Source: a virus
Taxonomy: Duplodnaviria > Caudoviricetes
Virus record (IMG/VR): IMGVR_UViG_3300028797_000004
DNA: 64,000 bases
Reading direction: 5' to 3' (one strand)
Part shown: piece by piece, positions 18,741 through 29,307 of the stretch
Numbering within the stretch: the stretch's first letter is position 1
Layout of the letters: the number at the start of each line of letters is the position of its first letter
Position numbers and translations under genes: made by a program
Notes under the pieces: generated by a model
What the model saw: only the letters and a program-made list of their open reading frames with translations
What the model was told of the DNA's origin: nothing
Database searches by the model: none

Positions 18741-19312
18741 CACCTCAAGAGCTGTTTGAAGCAAATCAGAAGCTGGTGTACTGGTGTTTTCATAAACTTC
18801 GATGTCCGGAATCTATGAAGGAAGATATGCTGCAATCCGGATTCATGTATCTATGGAAAGCTTGCTTGACATTTGACCCAAAACTGGGCAATCAATTTAC
18901 TACATATGCAGTACCATATGTACTTGGTGGAATGAAACGAATATACCGGGATAATATGCACACAGTAAAGATACCAAGGTCCATGTGGGATGCAAATCAA
19001 GCTGGTCAAGTCTCGCAGCTATCGCTAGATCAGCCAATTGATGAAGCTTCTGATAATTCAGCGACATTAGGCGATTTGCTTCCCGGCTCACCTGATGATT
19101 ATTCTAATCTAACTGAAGATCTCATAGATGCGTTTCTTGAGACAATCGAGAAAGAGCCTGATCGAAGTATATTTGAGGAGTGGATATACAGTATAGTATA
19201 TGGTGATAAATTAACTCAAGAATATCTTGCAGCTAAATACAATAGAAGTCAGCCGCAAGTGATGCGAGTAATAGCTGCGTGTAAACAAAAATTCAAGAAA
19301 TTCATAGAGTAG
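18737..19312 (+). CDS. Phage RNA polymerase sigma-70-family factor 1 (SigF/G/B-like)
   Basis: NQKLVY, EDMLQSG..YLWKA..TFDP.LG.QFTTYA, SLDQPI, LTQEYLA...SQPQV.R. Confidence 0.9.
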   Translation: MTPQELFEANQKLVYWCFHKLRCPESMKEDMLQSGFMYLWKACLTFDPKLGNQFTTYAVPYVLGGMKRIYRDNMHTVKIPRSMWDANQAGQVSQLSLDQPIDEASDNSATLGDLLPGSPDDYSNLTEDLIDAFLETIEKEPDRSIFEEWIYSIVYGDKLTQEYLAAKYNRSQPQVMRVIAACKQKFKKFIE

Positions 19313-19315
19313 GCG

Positions 19316-19912
19316 GTGAATATTTTGAGCCCTGCAGAACTATTCAACAATAATCAAGCACTTGTGCATTCTGTATATCATAGATACTTCTACCAATATC
19401 CTTTGGAGCAAGAAGAATTAGTGCAGGAGGGGTTACTAGCCCTCTGGATAGCTGCTCAGAAGTATGATCCAACTGCAGCAAAGTTCTCCACTGTAGCTCA
19501 TACATACATATTCAATGCCATGCGTAGATACATACGAGATCAGACAACATGTATACACCTTTCAGCTCGTGAGTATGAAAAGAACAATCCTGAAACATAT
19601 CACAAAGCTCGTTATTATGTGTCCTTAGATCAAGACATAGACGCTGGCGGAGATTCTGATATCACCTTGCATGAATCGCTTGGTGGAGAAGAAGATGACT
19701 ATAAAGGCGCAACGCGCTCGCTCATATATCAATTTATCTCAACTGTTGATAGCCCTAGGGACAAACAGCTTCTAACAGATTATTATATTGCTCAAATCGA
19801 GAATATCAAATTACAACAAAAAGATCTAAGTAGAAAATATAAGCTTTCACAGAATCGAGTTAGTTCACTTATCAAAGATGCAAATAAGAAATTTCAGAAA
19901 TTTGTCTCATAA
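19316..19912 (+). CDS. Phage RNA polymerase sigma-70-family factor 2
   Basis: NQALVH, EELVQEGLLALWIAAQKYDP..AKFSTVA, SLDQDI, QQKDLS....SQNRVS. Confidence 0.9.
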   Translation: MNILSPAELFNNNQALVHSVYHRYFYQYPLEQEELVQEGLLALWIAAQKYDPTAAKFSTVAHTYIFNAMRRYIRDQTTCIHLSAREYEKNNPETYHKARYYVSLDQDIDAGGDSDITLHESLGGEEDDYKGATRSLIYQFISTVDSPRDKQLLTDYYIAQIENIKLQQKDLSRKYKLSQNRVSSLIKDANKKFQKFVS

Positions 19913-19925
19913 GGGGAGATGAAAT

Positions 19926-20261
19926 TTGAAGTCATTCAAGATTCTTAGGAACAGGTGTATAGAAGTCCTTGGACGACATGGCTATCATCTGTCAACTAAA
20001 CTCAACAATTCTGGTGTGATGTGCGACTCTCGAATATACATCAAGTCCGCGCAGGAAGGATGCATATTCAACGAATACATCAGCGATACACCTGTGTTAA
20101 CGATTGCATTCTACAAATCGTTCTTGACGTTCACACCTTCAGCTATGTTTGTAGCTAAATTTGATGCAGGTGTTGTTGACGTTATCACAATGCATCAGAA
20201 TTCAGAGTTAACTTGTATGCTGAAAGAATTAGAAGCTGTAGCAAAGGAGCAGAAGCGATGA
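19926..20261 (+). CDS. Hypothetical protein
   Basis: ORF with SD, TTG start. Confidence 0.55.
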   Translation: MKSFKILRNRCIEVLGRHGYHLSTKLNNSGVMCDSRIYIKSAQEGCIFNEYISDTPVLTIAFYKSFLTFTPSAMFVAKFDAGVVDVITMHQNSELTCMLKELEAVAKEQKR

Positions 20262-20965
20262 AGTTTATACGACAGTCTGTAGAAATCAGATCAAAAGAAT
20301 TTACTAATGAATACGTCCTTGAGCTTATTGAAGACGCGGCGAGAACGTGTTACAAATCAGAAGCGAATAAGAAACCTGGGTCAGCAGAACGCCTAGTGAA
20401 AAACCTTATTTCTCGTGGTCATGAAGCAATGCTTGAGCATGGGCCTGCATTATCTATGAGATTCATCACTGACCGAGGTATTACACACGAGATAGTTCGA
20501 CATCGACTTTTCTCATTTGCTCACGAATCCACAAGGTATGTGAAGTACGGACAAGCTGGTGAGGATATGGAATTTATCCTGCCCGAAGAGAAGGGGTACA
20601 TTACGCAACCTGATAAGCTGCTTGCTCGTAGCTGGCATCGCATTGTTGAAAGCGATGATGAAACCGCTGACTACTTTGCTTTGCCGCCGATTGAACAAGA
20701 AGTCATCGCTGCTTTCACAGGAGCCGAAGCTCACTATCGTGCATTGTTAGAACTTGGCTGCCAGCCTCAAGCTGCTCGTGATGTACTGCCTACTGATGTT
20801 AAAACAGAAATCGTAGTTACAGGTAATATTCGAGAGTGGCGTCATTTTTTCACATTGAGATGTGATAAGGCTGCACATCCTCGTATGCAGTTGCTTGCAA
20901 ATACAGCATTAGAGCTTGCGTATAACAGATGCCCGCTTGTATTTGCCGATATTGTGAACCAGTAA
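20258..20965 (+). CDS. thyX: FAD-dependent thymidylate synthase
   Basis: GHEAMLEH, RGITHEIVRHRLFSFAHESTRY, ARDVLP, NIREWRHFFTLRCDKAAHP. Confidence 0.95.
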   Translation: MKFIRQSVEIRSKEFTNEYVLELIEDAARTCYKSEANKKPGSAERLVKNLISRGHEAMLEHGPALSMRFITDRGITHEIVRHRLFSFAHESTRYVKYGQAGEDMEFILPEEKGYITQPDKLLARSWHRIVESDDETADYFALPPIEQEVIAAFTGAEAHYRALLELGCQPQAARDVLPTDVKTEIVVTGNIREWRHFFTLRCDKAAHPRMQLLANTALELAYNRCPLVFADIVNQ

Positions 20966-21032
20966 CAACTGAACATTAGGCTCGCCCACCCCCGTTACCT
21001 TTTATATAGGTAACTAGGAGGTGGGCATTTCT

Positions 21033-21263
21033 ATGGAGATATTTGATTATCTAACACTACCAAACACAGATGTGAAGATATATCCTGGATCACGTATACG
21101 CATACATAGATTTGATAACGAAATCTGGCTTGTTAGCGTAGGTTGGTATGCTTGGGGCGGTAATCGTGAAGTCTGCGGTTGGTATCTCACTTCTGAATCT
21201 ACAGGTAAGATAAAACCTTTGCAGCGTCCCGATCTTGAAGATGCATACGCTGTAATTAATTGA
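21033..21263 (+). CDS. Hypothetical late protein
   Basis: GGAGGTG SD, follows late motif at 20997. Confidence 0.65.
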   Translation: MEIFDYLTLPNTDVKIYPGSRIRIHRFDNEIWLVSVGWYAWGGNREVCGWYLTSESTGKIKPLQRPDLEDAYAVIN

Positions 21264-21274
21264 GAGGTGATCAT

Positions 21275-21511
21275 ATGCTTACAATACATAATGTAAAACA
21301 TAAAGGCTGGATCACAGGTACACAACAAGAAACTATATCAATCGACTTCTATGAGCTATTCGCTGATGAGGATACAGACCTCCCTTCTGATCCATATCAT
21401 TTCAGCACACCTACACAGAAGTATAAGATTGATACAGGTTCACTTGCATACATCATATCAACAGGTGATGTATACATGATGAAATCAGATGGTACTTGGG
21501 TACTGCAATGA
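21275..21511 (+). CDS. Small tail-fibre-associated protein
   Basis: D..DLP...GSLAYIISTGDVYMM.SDG.W motif typical of phage fibre adaptor domains. Confidence 0.6.
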   Translation: MLTIHNVKHKGWITGTQQETISIDFYELFADEDTDLPSDPYHFSTPTQKYKIDTGSLAYIISTGDVYMMKSDGTWVLQ

Positions 21512-21526
21512 TAGGAGGGAACCTGA

Positions 21527-21895
21527 ATGTTCAATACAACAAGTGATTTATTCGCCATTCTACTTGCAAGAGCTACTGGCGGTGGCGGAGGCGGTGGTGG
21601 AGGCGGTGACGGTAATTGTAGTATTATCGCAAAAACCACAGCTCAATGGAACGCTACACCGCGGTTAGTTTCCCATAAAGATACCATATATGTGTATACA
21701 GACTTCGACGAACAGAACGGAGTTGACATACCTGCGATAAAGATTGGTGATGGTACAACATTTGTAGTAGCTTTACCATTCCTTGCAGGGAGTGCTGTTA
21801 CGGTAACTCCACAACAAGTCGAGAGTTGGAATAATAAGGTAACAGCGTATCAAGATGAATCAGACGGTGAAAATTTAATTCTTTCAAAGATTTAA
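21527..21895 (+). CDS. Tail fibre adaptor with poly-Gly hinge
   Basis: G9 run; TTAQWNA...IKIGDG...LPF motif. Confidence 0.65.
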   Translation: MFNTTSDLFAILLARATGGGGGGGGGGDGNCSIIAKTTAQWNATPRLVSHKDTIYVYTDFDEQNGVDIPAIKIGDGTTFVVALPFLAGSAVTVTPQQVESWNNKVTAYQDESDGENLILSKI

Positions 21896-21948
21896 AGACA
21901 CTGTTTGTATATTAAATTAAAATTTATTTTTAAGGAGTGATTTTTGTT

Positions 21949-23220
21949 ATGGCAAATTTCAAGTATTTTTCTAAGGTGACATTACCTGACAGTACGGAAG
22001 CTGATATACGTGACCGTAGTTCTATGCACTGGCTTGGTAAGACAACTACAGAGCTTGTAGACCAAGCTACAACTTCATCTATCATAATCGGTAGTATCAC
22101 TTATTCTACTGCTACTACAACCGAGACTTCAACAGCTCAGAAGCTGAGAGCTAATGATTATGTTACCTATGGTAGCAATAATCAGAATTTCATTTTCGAT
22201 GGTACTAAGTGGCATATTCTTTCTGAGACAGCGGCTGCAATTCCTGTAACTGATGTACAGGTTGATGGTACTTCACTTGTTGGTTCTGGTGATACTGTAG
22301 CTGACCTCAGTACAACTGGTAGCTATGACGGTGATAGTACATCACAGACATACAACCCACTTGCTACAAAGACTTATGTTGATAATGCTATCGATGCTCT
22401 CCCTGAGCCTATGGTATTCAAGGGTACTCTCGGTGCTCAGGCTGACAATCCTACAATTACAGCTCTTCCTGTGGACGGTTCTGCTAATATCGGTGATACC
22501 TACAAGGTAATTACAGCAGGTACATATGATTCACAGGCTGCTAAGGTTGGTGACTTATTCATTTGCCTTACTAAGACTACAAATGCTAACACATGGTCAT
22601 ACGTTCCGTCAGGTGATGAGCCCTCTGGTACTGTAACTAATGTAGCCGCAGGTGTAGGTCTTACAACTGCTGACGGTAATCCTATCACATCTACAGGTAC
22701 TATCAAGGCAAAGCTTACTTCTGAGACAGCTCTCACAGGTGACGGTGTTGCTTCTGTTGGTGTTGATGGTAGCGGTAATCTTGCTGTTGATATCAGAGTA
22801 GTAGACGGTACTTATAACGCTTCTACTAACAAGGTAGCTACACAGTCTACAGTAACAAATGCTATCGAAGCTCTTGACGGTGGTACAATTGGTACTCCCG
22901 GAGCAGGTAAGACTGTTACAGCACTCTCACAGACAGACGGTAATGTAAGTGCTACATTCGGTGATATCTCTATCACAGTATCTCAGGTATCTGATGTAAC
23001 AGCTACAACTACAATTCATAATCCTACAGCTGCGACAGTTGTTACAGATGTTGGCGTAGCAAACGCAAGCTCTACAACAGCTACAGGTGCAATTGCATAC
23101 TATTCATACGATGCTTCTACCGAAGCTCTCACACTCAAGCAGATCACAGTTGCTACTGGTGATTCTATCTCTACAACAGATGTTGCAAATGTTGTTGTTG
23201 CAACAGCTTCACAAGGTTAA
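21949..23220 (+). CDS. Tail fibre shaft protein
   Basis: Thr/Gly-rich; ATKTYVD, MVFKGTL, IGDTYKV, GTVTNV motifs. Confidence 0.7.
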   Translation: MANFKYFSKVTLPDSTEADIRDRSSMHWLGKTTTELVDQATTSSIIIGSITYSTATTTETSTAQKLRANDYVTYGSNNQNFIFDGTKWHILSETAAAIPVTDVQVDGTSLVGSGDTVADLSTTGSYDGDSTSQTYNPLATKTYVDNAIDALPEPMVFKGTLGAQADNPTITALPVDGSANIGDTYKVITAGTYDSQAAKVGDLFICLTKTTNANTWSYVPSGDEPSGTVTNVAAGVGLTTADGNPITSTGTIKAKLTSETALTGDGVASVGVDGSGNLAVDIRVVDGTYNASTNKVATQSTVTNAIEALDGGTIGTPGAGKTVTALSQTDGNVSATFGDISITVSQVSDVTATTTIHNPTAATVVTDVGVANASSTTATGAIAYYSYDASTEALTLKQITVATGDSISTTDVANVVVATASQG

Positions 23221-23237
23221 TAAACAACACAGAGCAG

Positions 23238-23289
23238 AGCCTACGCACACTTAGCCCCAATAAAGTAAGTCTGCGTAGGCTTACTTTTT
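23238..23289 (+). terminator. Hairpin terminator/attenuator
   Basis: AGCCTACGCA...TGCGTAGGCT + TACTTTTT. Confidence 0.7.
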
Positions 23290-23313
23290 CACATATAAGG
23301 AAGTGAAGTTTAT

Positions 23314-25692
23314 ATGTCTAATGTATCGAAAATTACATTACCTAACGGTAGTGATATAAATATAAAGGACTCTACTGCGGTTCGTGGTTTGAGCTCTGGC
23401 ACTAATCAAAATAATCTTGTTAAGTGGGGTTCTGATGGTTATACTGTAGCTGATGCAGGAGTAGCTATACAGAGTGATACTATCTCTACACAAGATAATA
23501 CTAAAGTTCCTACTAATAAGGCTGTTGCTTCTTTTGTTAATAGTTCTGTGGCTACTAACACAGCTAATTTTGTAGGTACTTATAAATCATTAGCTGAATT
23601 ACAGGCAGTACAGAATCCTACTAATAATGACTATGGTTTTGTATCTACTGTTGATTCTGCTATCCTTACTACTTCTCAGCCTGCGGATTGGACTACTAAT
23701 TATACTGATTATTATACCTATAGTGGTGGTGTGTATACTCCTGTAACTGGTTCATCTGCTCCTACTTGGCAGGCTAATACTTACTACAAAGCTGATAACT
23801 TAATATTTAGCAGATATAAGTATGTAGCTTCTTCTTCTACTTGGACTTATGAATATGAACTTAATAATAGCTCTTTCACGGCAGCCGAGTGGGATACTAT
23901 TCAAAGTGGTCTGAGTGCTAATGATAAGGAAAAGCTTGATTCACTTGCAACTATTAAATATGTTGGAAGTGGATTAGGTCTTAATGGTACTACAGGTGAA
24001 CTTACAGCGGATGTTATTGGTGTTAAAGGCGATAGCGAAAGTAACTATAGAACAGGTAATGTAAATATTACTAAGTCTAATATTGGACTTGGTAATGTCA
24101 CCAATGATGCACAGGTCAAGAAGATCAGTTCATCTACTTCAGGTAATATTATGACATGGAGTGGAACTACTGGTGATACTCCTGCTGATAGTGGCGTATC
24201 TATTGAGACAAGTTCATCGGGAATCTCAGATAGTGATGCTAAGATTCCTACATCAAAAGATATTAGAAATAATGCAGCTGGAATTGCAAAGCTCACAGGG
24301 TATACTAAAGCTACAGGTGATGTAGCAGCGACTGATACTATTACGACTGCTATCGGTAAGCTTGAAACAAAGGCTGATAATAATACAACCAACATTGGTA
24401 AGGTTCAGACACAAGCTAACTGGAACACTAATAATGGTGTGAAGAATCTTGCAACTGAAAACAACTTTAGTAATACAGGTTATTATAAAGACGTTCCTGT
24501 TGACGGTTCACTTACAGGAAATGTTGCCGTTTACATTGGTAACATTATATCTACTGATACTGATGCTAACCAATGTGCAGTCTTATTTATTTATACTGAC
24601 TATACATCATCAGCAATCCATTTAGTGAATCGTGGTACGGCTTCTTCGTTTTCGGTGAACTTGGAAGAAAAAGTTCTTAAAAGTGTACGAATCTATTCCA
24701 GTGACAACTATGTTCATAGTTCTGGCGATACTGTTACAGTAACTAACCTTATGGTTTGTCCTAAATCCCTCTACGATGCAGACTCCACCTATGAACCATA
24801 CGCTCTCCCCAACACCAAGATAACCCCAGAGCTTATCGAGCTTGTTGATTCTGGGGCGAAGAATCTTGTAAATTCAACAAGTGGTAGTGGTACTCGTTGG
24901 ATTGATATTCCCGTTGATATTCCAGCAGGTGAATATGCAGTATCTTTTGCAACTTTATCAACAACATGGGAAGTTTCTGCTAACCAATTGCAGATTTCAT
25001 TCATGGACTCTAATTACGATATAGTTACTGATGGCTATACATATATTAATTATACAACCAAGAATGGGGTATATAAATTAAATGATACTTGTAAAATTAT
25101 TCGTCTGTATGCTTCTCCAACCTCGGTGTCTGGAAAGGTTGTAACCTATACAAACATGATGATATGCACCAAAGCCGCATGGGACGTATCACAGAAATTC
25201 GTACCCTACCGCCCAACTTACGCTGAGACTGTCGCACAGGTGGCAGAGAATGAAACCAATATTTCAACGAATGAGCGTCTGGGATATTTGAAGAATTATA
25301 ACCTTTCACCTATTATTGGCGGACACTTAGACAGTGCTGGCATTATTGACAGAAAAGAATGTTTTTTGTTAGCAGGTACATATTATGTATCATGGAAAAA
25401 CTCAGGAGCAGCAAACTCAGGCACAGCAACAATGACATTTTATGATTATAATGATACAAGCGTTGGTCAAGCTACAATTACTCATTCAAGAACAAGAACT
25501 GAGGTTTCAGTGACATTAACTGATGATTGTGAAGCAATTGAGCTTACAAATGATAGTAATGTATATGTTGGTATCATTCAAGTTATGATAACTACAATGG
25601 CTAATCAGTCATTTGTTCCGTATGCTCCATCAAACGCAGAATTATACGTAACTATTGGTAATATCAATACAGTTCTGGAAGGAGTGTTATAA
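23314..25692 (+). CDS. Tail fibre with three C-terminal carbohydrate-binding-like modules
   Basis: YRTGNVNITKSNIGLGNV shaft motif; three KN...(Y/F)xPY-bounded modules. Confidence 0.75.
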   Translation: MSNVSKITLPNGSDINIKDSTAVRGLSSGTNQNNLVKWGSDGYTVADAGVAIQSDTISTQDNTKVPTNKAVASFVNSSVATNTANFVGTYKSLAELQAVQNPTNNDYGFVSTVDSAILTTSQPADWTTNYTDYYTYSGGVYTPVTGSSAPTWQANTYYKADNLIFSRYKYVASSSTWTYEYELNNSSFTAAEWDTIQSGLSANDKEKLDSLATIKYVGSGLGLNGTTGELTADVIGVKGDSESNYRTGNVNITKSNIGLGNVTNDAQVKKISSSTSGNIMTWSGTTGDTPADSGVSIETSSSGISDSDAKIPTSKDIRNNAAGIAKLTGYTKATGDVAATDTITTAIGKLETKADNNTTNIGKVQTQANWNTNNGVKNLATENNFSNTGYYKDVPVDGSLTGNVAVYIGNIISTDTDANQCAVLFIYTDYTSSAIHLVNRGTASSFSVNLEEKVLKSVRIYSSDNYVHSSGDTVTVTNLMVCPKSLYDADSTYEPYALPNTKITPELIELVDSGAKNLVNSTSGSGTRWIDIPVDIPAGEYAVSFATLSTTWEVSANQLQISFMDSNYDIVTDGYTYINYTTKNGVYKLNDTCKIIRLYASPTSVSGKVVTYTNMMICTKAAWDVSQKFVPYRPTYAETVAQVAENETNISTNERLGYLKNYNLSPIIGGHLDSAGIIDRKECFLLAGTYYVSWKNSGAANSGTATMTFYDYNDTSVGQATITHSRTRTEVSVTLTDDCEAIELTNDSNVYVGIIQVMITTMANQSFVPYAPSNAELYVTIGNINTVLEGVL

Positions 25693-25695
25693 ATT

Positions 25696-27417
25696 ATGCC
25701 AGAACATACATTAGCTGAAAATTTAACACGACTTCAGAATGCTAAAACCGCTATCAGTGATGCTATCATATCAAAAGGTGGTACTGTCGGTAGCGGTGAT
25801 GGCTTCGAGGATTTCCCTGCTGATATCGATACTATTTCAGGCGGAACTCAGTTAATTGTATCTCCTAATGCTAAACCTCTGACTATGCATATTAGAGATG
25901 ATGCTTGGGAAACTAAGGGTGATTGGTCGGGTATATCCACAACGCTTTCTGGTAGTAATGTATGGACAGACGGAGAAAATATCTATTATTCATCTGATGC
26001 ATACCAATATGTTCTCGATAAATCTACATCAACTTGGTCAACAAAAACCTGGAATGGATTGACGAGTTTTTCTGGTCAATATATATGGACAGACGGAACA
26101 AACATCTATTATTCAAACGGTTCAACATATGTTCTCAACAAATCTACTTCAACTTGGACAACAAAAACCTGGAGTGGATTGACGAGTATTTATGGAATCT
26201 ATATTTGGAGAGTCGGAACAAACATCTATTATTCATATGGTTCAACCCAGAAAGTTCTCAACAAATCAACCTCAACATGGTCAACTAAAACCTGGAGTGG
26301 ATTGACGAATTTTAATAGTAACTATATCTGGACAGACGGTACTAATATCTATTATTCATACGGTTCAACTCAATATGTTCTCAACAATTCAACTTGGACA
26401 ACTAAAACCTGGAGTGGATTGACAACTTTTAATGGTAATAATATCTGGACAGATGGAGAGAATATTTATTATTCATATAATACAACTCAATATGTTCTTG
26501 ATAAATCTACATCAACTTGGAGTAGAAAAGATTGGGGCGTATTGTGGAGTTTTGATGGTAAAAATATCTGGATAGATGGTGAAACTATCTATTATTCGGA
26601 GAGTTCAGGTAATCAATATACTCTCAATAAATCTACATCAGCTTGGTCAACAAAAACTTGGAGTGGATTAACGGGTTTCTATAATGACAATCTCTGGACA
26701 GACGGAGAAAATATCTACTATTCGTACGCTACAGACCAATATGTTCTCGACAAATCCACATCAACTTGGAGTACAAAAACTTGGACTGGACTGGCGAGTT
26801 TCGATGGTACACAAGTGTGGACAGACGGAAAAAACATCTATTATTCAATTGGTTCAACCCACCGTGTTCTCGATAAATCTACCTCAACGTGGAGTACAAA
26901 GACATGGAGTGGTTTGACGAGTTTCGATGGTATATATATATGGACAGATGGAGAAAATATCTATTATTCAGCTGGCTCAAAGCACTATGTTCTCAATGAA
27001 TCAACTTCAACCTGGTCAACTAAAACCTGGAGTGGATTGACAAGTTTTTATGCCAATAATATCTGGACAGATGGCGAAAACATCTATTATTCAAGTAGTT
27101 CAAATCAATATGTTCTTGATAAATCAACTTCGACTTGGTCAACTAAAACATGGAGTGGTTGGACGAATTTTTATGGTCGATATATCTGGACAGACGGAGA
27201 AAACATCTATTATTCAGAGGGTTCAACCCAGAAAGTTCTCAATGAATCAACTTCAACCTGGTCAACTAAAACCTGGAGTGGATTGACAAGTTTTTATGCC
27301 AATAATATCTGGACAGATGGCGAAAACATCTATTATTCGCTTGGCTCAACTCAATATGTTATCTATGAACATGATACTACACTACCTGCTCCCAAAAGCA
27401 CTGTCCTCTATGATTAG
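25696..27417 (+). CDS. Putative receptor-binding protein with about 11 Trp-rich 44-aa repeats
   Basis: Repeat STWSTKTWSGLTSFxGxxIWTDGENIYYSxxxxQYVLxKST; N-terminal anchor shared with the next gene. Confidence 0.75.
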   Translation: MPEHTLAENLTRLQNAKTAISDAIISKGGTVGSGDGFEDFPADIDTISGGTQLIVSPNAKPLTMHIRDDAWETKGDWSGISTTLSGSNVWTDGENIYYSSDAYQYVLDKSTSTWSTKTWNGLTSFSGQYIWTDGTNIYYSNGSTYVLNKSTSTWTTKTWSGLTSIYGIYIWRVGTNIYYSYGSTQKVLNKSTSTWSTKTWSGLTNFNSNYIWTDGTNIYYSYGSTQYVLNNSTWTTKTWSGLTTFNGNNIWTDGENIYYSYNTTQYVLDKSTSTWSRKDWGVLWSFDGKNIWIDGETIYYSESSGNQYTLNKSTSAWSTKTWSGLTGFYNDNLWTDGENIYYSYATDQYVLDKSTSTWSTKTWTGLASFDGTQVWTDGKNIYYSIGSTHRVLDKSTSTWSTKTWSGLTSFDGIYIWTDGENIYYSAGSKHYVLNESTSTWSTKTWSGLTSFYANNIWTDGENIYYSSSSNQYVLDKSTSTWSTKTWSGWTNFYGRYIWTDGENIYYSEGSTQKVLNESTSTWSTKTWSGLTSFYANNIWTDGENIYYSLGSTQYVIYEHDTTLPAPKSTVLYD

Positions 27418-27437
27418 AAAGAAAGGAGTGATATATT

Positions 27438-28424
27438 ATGCCGACTCAGACTATAGCACAACAATTACAAAAGCTTATTACTGCTAAGAGTGATATAGCT
27501 GATGCTATCATAGCAAAAGGTGGTACTGTTAATAGCGGTGATGGTTTTGAAGAATTTCCTGCTGATATAGATAGTATTCCTATTAGTAGTGGTGGTCTAT
27601 TAACGTCTATCCACTGTAAACCTATGAGAGATAAGAGAACGAGTTGGGAGACTAAGGCATGGAGTGGATTAACGAGTTTCGGTGGTAACGGCATCTGGAC
27701 AGACGGAGAAAATATCTATTACTCGAATAATTCAACCCAATATGTTCTCGATGAGTCCACATCAACATGGACTACAAAAACTTGGACTGGATTAACGAGT
27801 TTTGATGGTTACAATGTGTGGACAGACGGAGAAAACATCTATTATTCAAATGCTGCATCTCAGTATGTTCTCAATAAATCCACATCAACATGGTCAACAA
27901 AAACTTGGACTGGATTGACGAGTTTTTATGGTAATTATATCTGGACAGATGGAGAAAATATCTATTATTCATACAGTTCAACTCAATATGTTCTTGATAA
28001 ATCTACTTCAACATGGAATAACAAGACATGGGGCGGATTAACGAGTTTTGATGGTTACTATATCTGGACAGATGGAGAAAATATCTATTATTCAAGTTTT
28101 TCAACTCAATATGTTCTCGATAAATCAACGTCAGCATGGACACAGAAAACTTGGTTTGGGTTGACTGATGCCATTGGTCAATATATCTGGACAGACGGAG
28201 AAAATATCTATTATTCAGAGGGTTCAGGTTATCAATATGTTCTCAATAAATCCACATCAACATGGTCAACAAAAACTTGGACTGGATTGACGAGTTTTTA
28301 TGGTCAAGGTATATGGACAGACGGAGAAAACATCTATTATTCAAATGGTTCAAACCAATATATCTTAGCCAAAACTCCCACAACATATTTATCCCCAGCA
28401 TTAACCCCGTCATTACCGGGTTAA
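27438..28424 (+). CDS. Second putative receptor-binding protein with about 6 of the same repeats
   Basis: Same anchor (DAIIxKGGTVxSGDGFExFPADID) and repeat unit. Confidence 0.75.
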   Translation: MPTQTIAQQLQKLITAKSDIADAIIAKGGTVNSGDGFEEFPADIDSIPISSGGLLTSIHCKPMRDKRTSWETKAWSGLTSFGGNGIWTDGENIYYSNNSTQYVLDESTSTWTTKTWTGLTSFDGYNVWTDGENIYYSNAASQYVLNKSTSTWSTKTWTGLTSFYGNYIWTDGENIYYSYSSTQYVLDKSTSTWNNKTWGGLTSFDGYYIWTDGENIYYSSFSTQYVLDKSTSAWTQKTWFGLTDAIGQYIWTDGENIYYSEGSGYQYVLNKSTSTWSTKTWTGLTSFYGQGIWTDGENIYYSNGSNQYILAKTPTTYLSPALTPSLPG

Positions 28425-28464
28425 TAATAAATAAAAATTCTAAATCAGAAAGGAAAATTTTACT

Positions 28465-28689
28465 ATGGAAAAGTATTATCTTGTTATCATTCAGAATGAT
28501 GAAGCACAGGCTATCTATAAATACGATAGCTATAATGCAGCACTTGCAGCATACCACAATGAATTAGCATATAGAGCCGAGGGAAGAACATCTACCCGTT
28601 GTGCAATTCTCAACTCAGAATTAGTTGTGGTTATGTATGAGAGTTATGTTGCAAATGCTACACCTAATGAGGAAACACAGTCTGAATAA
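28465..28689 (+). CDS. Small protein, possible tail fibre chaperone
   Basis: SD AAGGA; position at end of fibre operon. Confidence 0.55.
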   Translation: MEKYYLVIIQNDEAQAIYKYDSYNAALAAYHNELAYRAEGRTSTRCAILNSELVVVMYESYVANATPNEETQSE

Positions 28690-28734
28690 ACCAAGGACAT
28701 AGTTTGAAATGACGTTAAACTATTACAAACCTTA

Positions 28735-28780
28735 AATAGAGGTGAGCTATAAAAGAACTCACCTCTATTATTTTTTTTTT
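28735..28780 (+). terminator. Intrinsic terminator
   Basis: AATAGAGGTGAG...CTCACCTCTATT + long T run. Confidence 0.85.
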
Positions 28781-28989
28781 ATATGAAAGGTGTGTATCAG
28801 ACTGTGATACCAGACGATCTCGGAAAGAAAGCAGAAGCAAAGATAAAAGCATGGTTAGATAGACCTGCGGAAGGATATTGTATAGATAGAGTATACGACC
28901 AACTATCAGGATTCTACGGTTCAAAGAATCTGAATTTTAGCATTGGTCTTCATGTGAATCGTTATTAAATATGAAAGGGGTAAACTGCT

Positions 28990-29307
28990 ATGAAGTTATA
29001 TATTCGTGCAGCTACACTGACGCCTAAAGATGTGAAGCGCATGTACGATGCTGGTGAGTTAGAAAATCACAAAGGCTATGAAGTTGATGTGCTGAATAGA
29101 GCTGGTGGACTTCTTACTCACAATTATCTTGACTGCTTCACATATCAAGGTAAATATTATATCTACTGTGATTTACATGGCTGGACGTATGCTAGAGGTG
29201 GTGGCGAAGCTCGAAATAGGTTTCTGAAAGAGTTTGATAACAAGAATCAAGCTAATGCCTACTTCAAGAAGCTGGTTCAAGGTAGAAAGTACAGGAGGAT
29301 AGAATGA
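28990..29307 (+). CDS. Hypothetical protein with MKLYIRA leader
   Basis: SD AAGGGG; shared leader. Confidence 0.7.
   Translation: MKLYIRAATLTPKDVKRMYDAGELENHKGYEVDVLNRAGGLLTHNYLDCFTYQGKYYIYCDLHGWTYARGGGEARNRFLKEFDNKNQANAYFKKLVQGRKYRRIE

Noticed and set aside
25900-28400. Possible CRISPR array or DGR in the regular repeats
   Set aside because: The repeats are in-frame protein repeats without unique spacers, and no reverse transcriptase or non-coding template repeat is visible in this window
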